This document shows, piece after piece, positions 51,226 to 64,000 of a stretch of 64,000 bases of DNA (positions are counted from its first letter, which is position 1; each line of letters opens with the position of its first letter). The DNA lies in contig NC_087252.1 of the NCBI RefSeq assembly GCF_037042905.1, positions 18,044,001 through 18,108,000 of the forward strand. Reading direction: 5' to 3'. The position numbers and the translations under genes were made by a program. This DNA is from Lytechinus pictus (lineage: Eukaryota). Under the pieces are notes generated by a model, which made no database searches, had not been told where the DNA came from, and saw only the letters and a list, made by a program, of their open reading frames with translations.

Positions 51226-52799
51226 ATTGTCAGATTTTATACATTTCGGACAGAAAGACCTTTGCCTAGATGGTTCTATATTACATATCAGGGACGTTGG
51301 CGTAACAGGCGGGGGGGGGGGGCAGGGGGCAAGCTGCCCCCCCCCCCCCCTTGTCGGATTTCACCGGGAAAATAAAAAGACGGGGAAAACGGAATGGAAA
51401 AGGAAGTAAAGCGGGAAAAGGAACGAAAGAAGAACATTTGAGAAAGAACAAATCATTCCGAAATAGGCCTATGTAATGCAATAGCATGATGGGAAGTAAA
51501 TTAAAAGATGACAAAATGGCAAACAATAGCGGGAAATAAAGGTAGAATGGAATTAGTGAAAAGCTAAATTGGAAAACAAAGAAAAGGGACGAGAAAAAAA
51601 ATTAATAACACGACCGGGCTGCCGAGGATTGAAAATAAAGAGCGGGAAGAAAAATCGACTGCATACAACATTGTGCTATAAGCTTGCTAAATTATATGTA
51701 AATAAGCTAAAGTTACCGGGGCTATGTCCCAGACCCCACTGAGGCAGTAGAGGCTCTTCATCTATAACTTTCAAATGGCTCTACATATAACGCCCCCCCC
51801 TGTAGGGGCCCTTCCTACATTAAGCTTTACGTTCAATCACTGGCGTACAGGCGGGGGGGGGGGTCTTGGTTCCACACCCAAGAAAGAAATTATAGGAGAC
51901 AACGTATAATGAATTGAATGGAAATATAAATGAACTGTGTTATTTGCTGAATATAATGGAAAAAATCTATCACATAATTAGAATTTAATTTCAATAGGCA
52001 ATTTTTTTTCCAGCTCGCTTTGCTCGCTGGAAACTTTTTACAAATTATCCCACAATGCTATGTTTTGCCCCCTCGAAATATTTGGTTCAACTGGGTTAAA
52101 TATATGTGTTGTGTAAAAGCTATATTCTGTATATACCCGCGATTTGATTAAAGATGGCAATCAGCGAGGTTTAAATGGCTTTGATATCAAAAAGTTCCGG
52201 GGGCTCCGCCCCGGACCCTAACCGCAAAACACTGCCGTATGGAATGGTTGGGCCATGGTCCCCAAAAGTTCTACAACCAAGAAAAAAAGAAGAAAAGAAA
52301 AGCAAAGGAAAAGTATAGGATATGAATTTATTTACTGAATATAATGTCTAAAATATCTCAAAGTTAGATTCTGATGAAAATGTGACTTTTTTCTCGCTCG
52401 CTTCGCTCGCTCGAGACTTATATTAAGCAGCTTTTTAGCACATGCGCTATACTGCGCCCCTCGTTTTTTATTTTCTACTCTTCACGCTACTGCCGCAAAG
52501 AACCCTGTTCACAGTGGCGTACAGACCACACAAAAACAGGAATGGAAGGATAGAAGAGTGAAATATATCATTCTCTGGACATCATGTCAAAATCTATCAC
52601 AAAATTTGATTTTTGTATTTAAAATGTCAAAATTTTTGCTCGCTCGCAACTTTTTTTTTTTAAGATAAATTCTGCCTACGCAATGTCTGGCCCTCTCAAA
52701 ATCGTCGCCTCATTACACCATAACGCCTGATCATACCATGATAATATGACCGAAAAATGTTGGGCTCTTGCCCCCCCCCCCCGGCCACCGGTTACACTT

Positions 52800-53315
52800 C
52801 GTAATTCCGAAGGTTCTTTATTCCGAAACACGTAGATTGCCTATACCTCGATGTTCGTTAATCCGAAAACGAAAAAGGGTTCGTTAATCCGAACATTTGT
52901 GGCGTTATTCCGAAGGTTCGATAATCCGAAAACGAAATAAGGTTCGTTGTTCCGAAGGTTCGATAATCCGAAAATGAAATAAGGTTCGTTGTTCCGAAGG
53001 TTCGTTAATCCGAAAACGAAATAAGGTTCGTTGTTCCGAAGGTTCGTTAATCCGAAAACAAAATAAGGTTCGTTGTTCCGAAGGTTCGTTAATTCGAAAA
53101 CTAAATAAGGTTCGTTATTCCGAAAGTTCGTTAATCCGAAAACGAAATAAGATCCGTTGTTCCGATGGTTCTTTACCCTGAAAACAAAATAAGATTCGTT
53201 ACTCCGAATGTTCGTTAATCCGAAAACAAAATAAGATTCGTTATTCCGAAGGTTCGTTAATCCGAAAACAAAATATGGTTCTTTATTCCGAAGGTTCGTT
53301 AATCCGAAAAATGAA
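52800..53315. repeat. 42-bp minisatellite (about 11-12 units), probably inside a repeat-bearing transposon
   Basis: ccgaaggttcgttaatccgaaaacgaaataaggttcgttgtt units; degenerate relatives near 23330-23640 and 37090-37310. Confidence 0.9.
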
Positions 53316-54764
53316 AACCGGGAAAGCAGAGGCAGGGGCAAGTGGGGAGAGGGGGAGAGAAACACCGTTGCTGTTCAATTGTTGTGAGGATGGGAAGGCA
53401 AGGGCGGCCGAACGAATTTTCGTTTGGTGGCAAAGCCAAAAATGAAACTTATACGTCAAAATGGGCACTTTGGTGATATTTTCACCTTGAGATTATCATC
53501 TGCGTGAAGTCTTCGTGTGTTTTATAGTAATTAAGTAGAGAAAAGCCTTTTTGATGTGACTTCTGATTAAGTAAAGATGTATAGTTAGGCTTTATTTTTC
53601 GCGAGAGAGTATAATGAGCGAGCGGTTTGGAGAAAAAAAATCAAAGCTGAAGTTGTAAAACTCTTTTTTGGGGGTCAATTATTGTTAAAATGGCATTATT
53701 ACGAGGTGTTGCGAGCGTGAATCACAAGCTAAAACTTTAGGGCATTTAAATGAGAAATGAAAATAAAATTTCACCAATCGAATAATTGAGAGTGCGAAGC
53801 GCGAGCTGAAAATTTGTAATATTCCAGCTTGAAAACTAATCTAACATTATACTTTAAAAAGAGTATTTTATTTCGAAAAACGGCACATTTTTTTATTGAA
53901 AAAGGGAATTTCCCATTTTGGAAAAAAAGCATTTCCCTGTTTTTTTCTTTTTGGGGGACAAGTGCCCACTACCCCCCCCCCCCGGTGGATCCAACTTTCG
54001 CCAATAGGGGGGGGGGCGAAATTTTTTCCACCCAAATTTTCCCCGTTCGGCTGCTCAAAGTTGATTTTTGTTTATTTGTTTCTTTGAAAGTGTAGTCCTA
54101 ACAGTCAATAATTAGCTTTATTCTTATAAAATGAAGTAAATATGTAATAACATCATAAGCCCTTTTAAAATAATGCGAGCGCGAAGCGCCAGCTATAATT
54201 TTTTTTTAAGATGGGCATATAAATTATGTTTGTGATCTTCAAAACGAGATGCCTAAGTATGTAACTAGATAATGACTGCGAGCAAGAAATTTTAAATATA
54301 AGCTCTGACCTGATATAAAAGGGACATGTTAAGGACTTTTTGCAGTTAGCCATGAAGACGATACATGTTTCAACCAGGGGCGGTGGAACGTATTTTCCTT
54401 TGGAGTAGGAGGGGGGCAAGCCGAAATAGGGCACTTATATGCCAAAAAGGGCATTTTGGTGCAAACGGATATTTTCACCATGAGATTATCATCTGTGTAA
54501 AGAAGTTGTGTGTTTTGTAGTAATTAAGTTGAGCAGATTTTTGAAGTGAATTCTGATTGATAAGATACATATATTTAGGTTTTATTTTTGCGAGCGTAGC
54601 GGGCAAGCGGTTTGGAAAAAAAAATCAAATCTGAAGTTGTAAAACTCGCCTTTTTGATAAATTATGGACCTAATTACTGTTAAAAGGGCATCCTTGTGAG
54701 ATGTTGCGAGCGAATCACGAGCTCAAACTTTTGGAAATTTCATGTAGGCCTAATAAAAGAAAAT

Positions 54765-55044
54765 AATAATACAGTTATTATTTACCCAGGGAAGCCACTT
54801 CGGTTCTAAAAACTGTTCTCCCAGCTATTATTATTACCCCGGCTTTAGCTGGGCTGCCTAGGCACCTAAAAGAAGGCATTTAATGAATATCTTCCTGCCG
54901 GTTACTCATTCACCTCACCTGGGTTGAGCGCAGCACAGTGTGGATAAATTTCTTGCTGAAGGAAATAACGCAATGACTTGGATTCGAACCTACGACCATC
55001 TGCTTCAAAGTCAGAAGACTAATCCACTGGGCCACAACGCCCCA
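54765..55044 (-). mobile_element. tRNA-derived SINE (second family)
   Basis: Minus strand: A box TGGCCCAGTGG, B box GGTTCGAATCC, body ..ctcaacccaggtga.., AAT/TAT-repeat tail. Confidence 0.8.
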
Positions 55045-55411
55045 CATAAAAAGTAAACGTTCCGATTTTTTTTTTTGGTAATCATGAAAAAAGGATGTGA
55101 ATCTAACTAAAGAATTAAAGCGAGCTGAAATTTTTCATATACTGACCAGGAAAGGAACCTTTTGCATTTGGTGACTCATGAATGGGAAATGTGCTAGGCC
55201 TACATATCTCACCAATCGAATAATGCTAGCGCGAAGCGCGAGCAGAAGATTTGTGATATTCTATCCATGAAACTGGACATTTATAGACATTTTAGTTAAC
55301 CAGGATCAGAATGACTACCTTAATGAGCAATAATTAGTGCAAGCGCAAAACGTGAGCCAAAATGTGTAATATTCCAACCTTAAAACTGGACAATTTGATC
55401 TTGCCCTCGCA

Positions 55412-58400
55412 TTATTATTATTTTTTTAAGGATGTTTTATTGTATTCTCTCAAATCAAAATACACAATCACATTCTATAAACAATTTGTACAAACTATTT
55501 TAAACATAATTATGAATTATACAATAAATCCATAACAAATATAATTATACAAATTATACATCAAACTTCAAAGATACCAGAAATTAATACTTATGCGTTT
55601 CAGCAATTACAAAATGAAATATTAACAAGATATATGACATGATAAGAGAGAGAAAAAAAAAAGATAAAAAGTGTTATTCTACCTCCCAACCCCCCCCCCC
55701 CCCCGTCCCCAGGTTAGGAGCACCATCCCCTTTATATACTCTACATGGAAGGGACTCCAATTCTCCGTATTTTTTTTTTTTTCTTTCTTTGTTTTTATTT
55801 ATTTTGTTTTGTGGTTTTGTCTCTCGTTGTATATATACCTTTGCCTCACTCTCCCTATTTATTCTTTTAATCAAGATTTTCCTATTTCCTTAAATGTAGA
55901 GAAATCTTACCTCTACCTAGCGCCAGCCTTCTTTCTTCCCATTCTTCTTCCTTAAATTTCCTTTTAATTTAACAAGTGCACCCTTTTCCCTCCCTTTGAA
56001 GATTAACATTTTAACAAAGATAAAAAAATGATTGACTAAACGTTCCTTTCCTTCGTCCTTTAATTCTACACCTACAAGAATCCCCCCCCCAGCTTAAATT
56101 ACCCGTAGAAATAAAACCAAACATCTCCTTACAATTACCCCATACCAGACAAGCATATTCACATTCCAAAAATAGATGGCGATATGTTTCCTCCTCTTTT
56201 TTTACAATACACAACAAATGTTATTTTGTGAGATTTTTAAACGGAACAAGTGATGATTTGTATAAGCAATGCCGTGCAACATTTTAAACTGAAACTCTCT
56301 TAATCTACTGTTCAGAGTACATTGTCTTGGTCTCATAAAAATGTGTTCAATCTTTTCATAAGAAAAACTATATTTGTTTTTAACCTTTCGAAAACATCAG
56401 GTATTGCGAAGTTACATTTCATAAAATTTGCATAAACGTTTTTAGATACTAACTCCTCTATTGACAAAATTCTTTTTCCAGATATAAATGATATTTCTTC
56501 CCTAAGAGAAGCCTCTTTGCTATCTATTTTCACATTTCGTCTCCAGCTGACTGGAAAAGTTTTATAAATTGACTCTATCAAATGAAAATAATTTATGTTT
56601 AAACCCTGTCTTTGGAAGTACGAAAATGACCTTAAGTTTCCATCATAATCCATAATATGTTTCAATCTGTAAATATTTTTTTCATATATTTTTTGGTTAA
56701 ATATGCATTTCCCTTCAATTCGTACAAATTTATTGTAACAAAAATATCTCATTTCCTTTAAATGTTTCAGATTTTAATCGAAAATCCTTCGTCTTTATCC
56801 ATACTTCTAACAATATATAAAATTGCGGCAATGCTATCTCCAACAATCCAAGCAAGTAATCGCATGAAAATATAAAATTTCCTCCCAGATGTTTTGTGGC
56901 ATAATTGAAATATTGGTTCCATTTCATTGCATTATTTTCTTTTAGTCTTTTAATCCACATAACTCTCTGTGCCTTTATTAACCATTGGAAATTCATCATT
57001 TTTAAGCCGCCTTGATGGTAATCTAAATACATCGTTCTTTTGTTAATCTTATTTCTGCCACCCCACAAAAGAGTAAAAGCCAACTGATCAAGCTCAACAT
57101 AAACCCATTCTGGGATTGGTGTGAGAGATGTCACATTTATGAATTTTGAAAAGATAAACTGCTTTAATAATTGTATTTTGCCCATCAAAGTTAAATCTCT
57201 TTGCTTCCGCCAGTTTAACAACTTCTTTATTTTACTTAATATTTCTTTATAATTCAATCTTTCTTTTACTTCTACATCTAAAGAAAAGAATACACCAAGA
57301 ATCTTTATAAAATCCACCTTTTGGCCAAAAGATAAATCATATGATTTTCCTTGAGAGGAACCTAGTAATAAAACCTTCGTCTTATCGCTATTAACTTGAC
57401 ACTTTTCTGAATTTTTCTAAAATTCTATTACTTTTTTGACTGAATCTAGATCTCGGACAAAAATAGACATATCATCTGCATACATAACCTGTTTTACTTC
57501 TTCCTTTCCAAGGGAAATTTCTTTAACATCATTATTATAGCTTATATTATGCGCTAATACTTCTATGCATAAAATGAAAAGATATGGTGAAAGCGAATCT
57601 CCCTGCCTTACCACTCTTTCCACATGAAAATAGCTTGTAGAATCTCCTCCATTAAAAATACAACTTTGGCTATTTGTATATAATATTTTGACCCATTTGC
57701 GAAATTGCTGGCCAAGACCGAATGAACCTAATGTTTGATGTAAAAATTTGTGGGATATCGAATCAAAAGCTTTTTCTAAATCAATTGCTATCATATACCC
57801 AGGGATATTATTATATAACGTATGAAAAAGCATATCATGAATTAATCTGATAGCTTCTCCTATATTCCTGTTTTTAATAAATCCTATTTGATCTGCTAAT
57901 ACAACGCTCTCCAAAACCTCTTTAATTCGTTTTGCTGAAACTTTGGATATGATCTTATAATCTGTATTCAATAACGAAATGGGTCTATAATTCTTTACGT
58001 AATGTGGGTCTTTCCCTTCTTTAGCTAATAAAATAATAGTTGCTTGTTTTTGTGATGCAGAAAGTTCTCCAAGAGCAAAAACTTCATTGAATGCCCCAAT
58101 CAAACATCCTTTATTTCAGCCCAAAATGTACAATAAAATTCAACTGTTAACCCATTGTTTCCAGGGGATTTATTTTGCTTCATTTCTTTCAGTACCGAAA
58201 TACACTCTTCTTCTATGTAGTATATCCCCTTCACACAGTGGCGTACCTAGGATTTTCCACAGGGGGGGGGGGGGGCAAAACTGTCCGCCCAAAAATTTGA
58301 CAAGCAAAAAAAAAAAGGTCTTCAATCAAAAATGAAGGATTTCGTAACAGAAAAAAAAATTGACAAGCAAAAAAAAAAAAAAAAAAAATGGTCTTCAAGC

Positions 58401-59936
58401 TCGTCGGGGGGGGGGGGGGGCAATAAAGGTCTTCAAACTCGTCAGGGGGGGGGGCAAAAAAGGTCTTTCGAGCTCGTCAGAGGGGGGCAGGTATACGTCC
58501 TTTGCATGGGTTGTGGCTCGTCAGGGGGGGGGCAGAGTGCCCCCCTGTCCCCCCCCCCCGTAGGTACGCTAGTGCCTTCACAGCTTTCAGAATCTTCAGA
58601 TGATAACGTTGGTACATTTTTAAAGAAATCCCTAAAATCTTCCGTGTATTCCCTAGCATAAAGGTGGGTATAAAATGATTTAATTTCATTTAAAACTTCT
58701 TTCTCATTTTCAGTAATTTCTCCGTTAACCTTAACTAATTTTGTTATAGTACTTTTCTTCTTGTTAGATTGTAATAGTTGACTAAATACCTTGTATCCCT
58801 TTCTCCAACTTTCGTACCTTGTCGCACGAGACCGAATTTTAATACCTTCATTAATGTAATCGTAACTGTCTGCAAGTTCTTTCCTTTTATTTTCTATCAT
58901 TTTAATTAATTCTTCATCTACTAAATTTACGCAACTACCTTCTAAACATTCCAATTCCTTTTCGAGAGATTCTTTTTAATTTTTTTTTCCTTAGCCAGTT
59001 TTTTCGAAAAAGTTCTTGTGAAAGACATTATTTTCATTTTCAAATAATCCCATACAACTCTTCTATCTTTAACTTCTGTTTTTATTTTCTCCTTTAGTGT
59101 AAGTATTTCTTTTTTCATCTTTTTCACATATTCTTCATTACCACAAAGGCTATTATCAAATTTCCAATAAGAACCATTCTTTTTACGCATTTCCTTATCA
59201 GTTTTATCATACAAGAACAAAAAATATAGCTGAATGGCCAGGAGCTATAGATGGTAAAATTTTGCACCTAATAACAACATTTACCAAATCATCTGATATT
59301 AGCCAATGATCTAATCTGCTTTGCATAAATGGATTATAGTGAAGGTAAATTGTCTTTTCAATGGATTTCTCTCCCTCCATATATCTATCAATTGTAGTTC
59401 CTCCATGAAATTTTCTACTTAATTTCTTTACTAACCTTGTCATCTAATTTTTGTTTCACTGTTCCATTATAATCTAATTAAGAATTCATAATAATATTAA
59501 AATCTCCTCCCATTAAAACAGGTTTGTTACAACTATTAATTTTGTTTGATTTTATAATCATATCCTTAAAAAAAAAGATTTGATGATTTTCTTTATCCCT
59601 CGTCGGTAAGTATACATTACAAAGGACCATTTTATGTCCTTGGATTTCACAATCAATGAGTATATCGCCCTTCGTCATCTTGTTTTATATTTATAAGTTT
59701 AAAGTCTAGCGAGGTTTTGATAAGAATGAGTACTCCTCTGCTGTGATTTGATCCATGACTATAGTAACATGACCCATCTCACCCAGAACTCCATCTATCC
59801 TCTACTTCTTTTGTACTATACGTCTCCTGTAAAAAATTACATCCCCTTTTTCTTTGCACCATGAAAATATTCGTCCCCTTTTCGCGCATTCTCTTATTCC
59901 TCTAACATTAAGGAAACAAAATTACAATTTAAACAT
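55412..59936 (-). mobile_element. L1/Tx1-like LINE, near-complete but disrupted ORF2 (APE endonuclease, RT, C-terminal Cys/His motif) plus 3' UTR
   Basis: LNVRGI, LQET, MGGDFN, SRLDHWLIS, YWKF, NYRPISLLNTDYKI, IDLEKAFDS, RQGDSLSP, YADD, ETYRHLFLEC; multiple stops and frameshifts. Confidence 0.93.
58236..58574. mobile_element. hAT-like poly-G MITE inserted into LINE ORF2
   Basis: ccttcaca|cagtggcgtaccta ... taggtacgctagtg|ccttcaca, perfect 8-bp TSD. Confidence 0.92.
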
Positions 59937-60164
59937 CTATTCATAAAGAAAATCTAAAAAGATCATTCCACCATTTTTTTTGTATTAAATAAAAATTTAA
60001 GATTTTTACTACGTTATTTATAGGGAGATTGAGGATTAGACATACCAACATATTTCCTAGTGTAACTGCAGTACATAATCCAATGATAAACTCTAATTTA
60101 TTGCGCCATTGTTCACAACAAAAAGAATGTCGATCAATTCGAATATTGTTATCCCTTCCATGTA

Positions 60165-60990
60165 CAGTGCGTCCCAGAAAAAACGAAACCGAGATTTAGC
60201 GATGATTTATCATATTTTAATCACAAATACAATAGACAAATTACCTACCAATGTAAAGCTTAGAATCTCCTCTTTCATCTGATATTACTTAGATTATTCC
60301 TCATTCACGCATGAGTGAGCAAAAACAATTTGAAGAAAGGATACCAAAAACTCATTTGGCGGGGGGGTATCTGAATTTTAAAAAGAAAATCACATGCCTA
60401 AACGGATCAATATCTGTTCTTTAATTTGATACGTTAATCACAACAAATGGTCAAGAAGTAAAAAAGTTACTTTCCCTCGAAACAATGCTTGTATTTCCAT
60501 AATTTCATTAAATAAACGTGTTTTCACCGGTTTCCCACAGAAGCTATCGCATGGTTAACAAAAGACTTCATGCATGGCTGATCGTCAACAAAACGGAGTG
60601 TCGAGTGAGTTTGAACGCTAGCCTGTAAAACCTCTTAATTTTATGAAATTATAGAAATTCAAGCCTTATTTCAAATAACCAGAACTTTCTTATTTCTCGA
60701 CCATTTTCTGTAACTGAGGTATCAAATTAAAGAGCAGATATTGAACTTCTTAGAAATGTAGTTTTATGTTTGAAACCCAGATACAGCCCGCCAAATGACT
60801 TTTTGGTATCCCCTCTTCAAATTGTTTTTGCTCACTCATGCGTGAATGAGAATTAATTTAAGTAATTTCAGATGAAAGAGGAGATTCTAAGCTTTACAAT
60901 GGTAGGTCATTTGTCTATTGTATTTTCAATGTGATTAAGTTATGATAAATCATCGCTAAATCTCGGTTTCGTTTTTTCTGGGACGCACTG
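60165..60990. mobile_element. Tc1/mariner-like MITE with long TIRs and TA TSD
   Basis: ta|cagtgcgtcccagaaaaaacgaaaccgagatttagcgatgatttatcat mirrored perfectly at the right end; imperfect symmetry continues for roughly 300 bp. Confidence 0.92.
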
Positions 60991-61486
60991 TATAACATTA
61001 TCTCTAAGAATCCTAAATAAGGTGCTCGTAATTCCTGCAAGTAAATAAAGAAGGGAAGGAATCCCATCTATACGACCCTCTCCAAAGCAGCACTCCCTCA
61101 CAGCTCACCCTTCTTTACAGGTTGCTGTAGTATTTCCAATAATAATAATCTACCCCTTCATGTCTTTTTTCTTTGTTTTAATCTTATAAAATTGAAACGA
61201 AATAGCTGTATAGATGGAAAAAACTGACATTCAATCAGCATATACCGCAATAATAAGTTAAATTTTAAACATACTAAGCCAGTGTATGTTTTTCCTGTTA
61301 AAAAGAAATTATGTGATTGAAACAAGCTTGGGACTAGGATCGCCCCGGGACCCTGCTGGGCCGCGCCCCACTCAAACATGCACCACTACCCCACCCGCAT
61401 TGCTTCCGCCGGGGGTATAGGCTATATCAGGCGCGGATCCATGGGGGGGGGGGCCGAGGGGGCCTTGGCCCCCCCCCCCCTTCGGC

Positions 61487-62327
61487 AAAAAAAAAAGAAG
61501 AGAGGGAAAGAAAGAGAAAAAAGAGGGGAAAGAAAAGAAGAAAGGAAGAGGGGGAAGAAGTGAAGAAAAAAGAGAGAGGAAAAGGGGGGGGAAAAAAAGA
61601 AGAAAAGGGAAGAGGGGGAAGGAAGGGAAGATAAAGGGAGAGGAAAAGGGAAAAGAAAGAGAAGGAAAAAGAGAGGGAAAGGAAAAGGAGAAAAAAAAGA
61701 GAGAGAGGGGAAGAGGGGAAAGGAAGAGAAGAAAAAGAGAGAGAGGAAAAAGAGGAGAAAAGGAGAAAAAATAAGAAGAGAAGAAAAGGGAGGGGGAAGG
61801 AGAGGGGGAAGAAAAAAGAGGAAGAGGGGAAAAGAAAAGGAGAGAGAGGAAGAGGGAGGAAAGAAGAGAAGAAAAAAGAGAGGGGAAAGAAAAGAAGAAA
61901 AAAGAAGAGGGGAAAGAAAAGAAGAAAAAAAAGGAGAAGAAGAGGGGAAAGAAAGAGAAAAAAGAGGAAGAGGGGGAAGGAAGAGAAGAAAAAGGGAGGG
62001 GGAGGGGGAAGAAAAAAGAGGAAGCGGGGAAAGAAGATGGGGGGAAGAGAGAGGAAGAAGGGAAAGGAAAGGGAGAAAAAGGAGAGAGAGGAAAAGGGAA
62101 GAAAGAAGAGAAAAAAGAGAGAGAAGGGGGGAAGAAAAGGGGAAAGGAAGAGAAGAAAAGGGAGGGGGAGAGGGGGAAGAAAAAAGAGGAAGAGGGGAAA
62201 GAAAAGGAAAAAAAGGAGAGAGGAAGAGGGAGGAAAGAAGAGAAAAAAAGAGAGAAAGAAAAGAAGAAAAGGGGAGAGGAAGAGGGGAAGGACGAGAAGA
62301 AAAAAAGAGGAAGAGGAGGAAAGAAAA
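61487..62327. repeat. About 840-bp almost pure polypurine (A/G) tract
   Basis: Only a handful of pyrimidines on the + strand. Confidence 0.95.
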
Positions 62328-64000
62328 TGATGTTCGAACCAAAAGGGCGCCGAAATGATGTTCGAATGAATGTCAAAATGATGTTCGAACTGGGGGCGCC
62401 AGATTGATACTCGAGCAAGGGGGGGGGGCGAAATGATATTCGAACTAGGGGCGCCAAATTGATGTTGGACCTACATGTAGGGGCACCGAATTGATATTCG
62501 AACTAGGAGGGCGCCGAAATGATGTTCGAAGGGATGTTAAAATGATGTTCGAACTGGGGGCGCCAAATTGATACTCGAACTAGGGGGGGGGGGGAGGGGG
62601 CCGAATCGATGTTCGAACTAGGGGGACGCCAAATTGATACTCGAAATAGGGGGGCTCAAAATTGATGTTGGAACTAGGGGGCGCCAAATTGATACTCGAG
62701 CTAGGGGGGCCGAAATGATATTCGAACTAGAGGCGCCAAATTGATGTTGGACCTACATGTAGGGGCGCCGAATTGATATTCGGAACTAGGAGGACGCCGA
62801 AATGATGTTCGAAGGGATGTTAAAATGATGTTCGAACTTGGGGCGCCAAATTGATACTAGAACTAGGGGGGGGGGAGGGGCCGAATCGATGTTCGAACTA
62901 GGGGGACGCCAAATTGATACTCGAACTAGGGGGGCTCAGAATTGATGTTGGAACTAGGGGGCGCCAAATTGATACTCGAGCAAGGGGGGGGGGGCGAAAT
63001 GATATTCGAACTAGGGGCGCCAAATTGATGTTGGACCTACATGTAGGGGCACCGAATTGATATTCGAACTAGGAGGGCGCCGAAATGATGTTCGAAGGGA
63101 TGTTAAAATGATGTTCGAACTGGGGGCGCCAAATTGATACTCGAACTAGGGGGGGGGGAGGGGGCCGAATCGATGTTCGAACTAGGGGGACGCCAAATTG
63201 ATACTCGAAATAGGGGGGCTCAGAATTGATGTTGGAACTAGGGGGCGCCAAATTGATACTCGAGCTAGGGTGGCCGAAATGATATTCGAACTAGAGGCGC
63301 CAAATTGATGTTGGACCTACATGTAGGGGCGCCGAATTGATATTCGGAACTAGGAGGACGCCGAAATGATGTTCGAAGGGATGTTAAAATGATGTTCGAA
63401 CTTGGGGCGCCAAATTGATACTAGAACTAGGGGGGGGGGAGGGGCCGAATCGATGTTCGAACTAGGGGGACGCCAAATTGATACTCGAACTAGGGGGGCT
63501 CAGAATTGATGTTGGAACTAGGGTGCGCCAAATTGATACTCGAACTATGGGGCGCCAAATTGATGTTGGACCTCCATGTAGGGGCGCCGAATTGATATTC
63601 GATCTAGGAAGGCGCCAAAATGATGTTCGAAGGGATGTTAAAATGATGTTCGAACTGGGGGCGCCAAATTGATACTCGAACTAGGGGGGAGGGGGCGAAT
63701 CGATGTTCGAGCTAGGGGGGCGCCAAACTGATACTCAAACTAGGGGGGCGCCGAATTGATGTTCGAACTAGGGGGGCGCCAAATTGATGTTCGAACTGGG
63801 GGTCGAATTGATGTTCGAACGGGGGGGGGGCGAATTGATGATCGACCTACATGTAGGGGCGCCGAATTGATACTCGAACTAGGGGGGGGGGGCGCCGAAT
63901 CGATGTTCGAACTAGGGTCACCACATTGATGTTTGAACTAGGGGGCGCCGAATTGATATTCGAACTAGGGGCGCCAATTTGATGTTCCAACTGGGGGCGC
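62328..64000. repeat. Satellite of ~20-30-bp monomers (gatgttcgaactagggggcgccaaatt) in ~282-bp and ~565-bp higher-order units, running off the window end
   Basis: Landmark gacct.catgtagggg at 62468, 62750, 63034, 63314, 63569, 63844. Confidence 0.93.

Noticed and set aside
52841..53365. 174-aa repeat ORF (NLRNNEPYFVFGLT) or CRISPR-like array
   Set aside because: A 42-bp minisatellite whose period is divisible by 3; no spacers and no gene structure.
61372..62457. 361-aa and 306-aa Phe/Ser/Pro/Leu ORFs
   Set aside because: Translation of the polypurine/polypyrimidine tract.

Overview
AT-rich, repeat-dense eukaryotic (animal) genomic DNA; the repeat landscape suggests a marine deuterostome such as a sea urchin (inference only). 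Three spliced protein-coding genes can be reconstructed with GT-AG junctions and consistent phases. (1) A minus-strand PR/SET-domain plus 17 C2H2 zinc-finger (PRDM-family) gene with 4 coding exons at 4752-11498 and a probable non-coding first exon near 16116-16195. Its PR domain appears to lack two of the three catalytic tyrosines. (2,3) A tandem duplicate pair of 4-exon, signal-peptide-bearing SOUL/HEBP2-like heme-binding protein genes (19178-22513 and 32156-35640) with TATA boxes and a D-box-like site kept in both promoters. The rest is transposon-derived: decayed CR1/L2-like and L1/Tx1-like LINEs, tRNA-derived SINEs, Helentron-like tandem-repeat elements, TIR MITEs with TA, TTAA and 8-bp target-site duplications (often nested several levels deep), minisatellites, a higher-order satellite at the right edge, and long purine/pyrimidine tracts. 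No prokaryotic system, CRISPR array, rRNA or credible tRNA gene is seen. I found nothing I can call a new biological system with confidence; the best leads are listed as findings.
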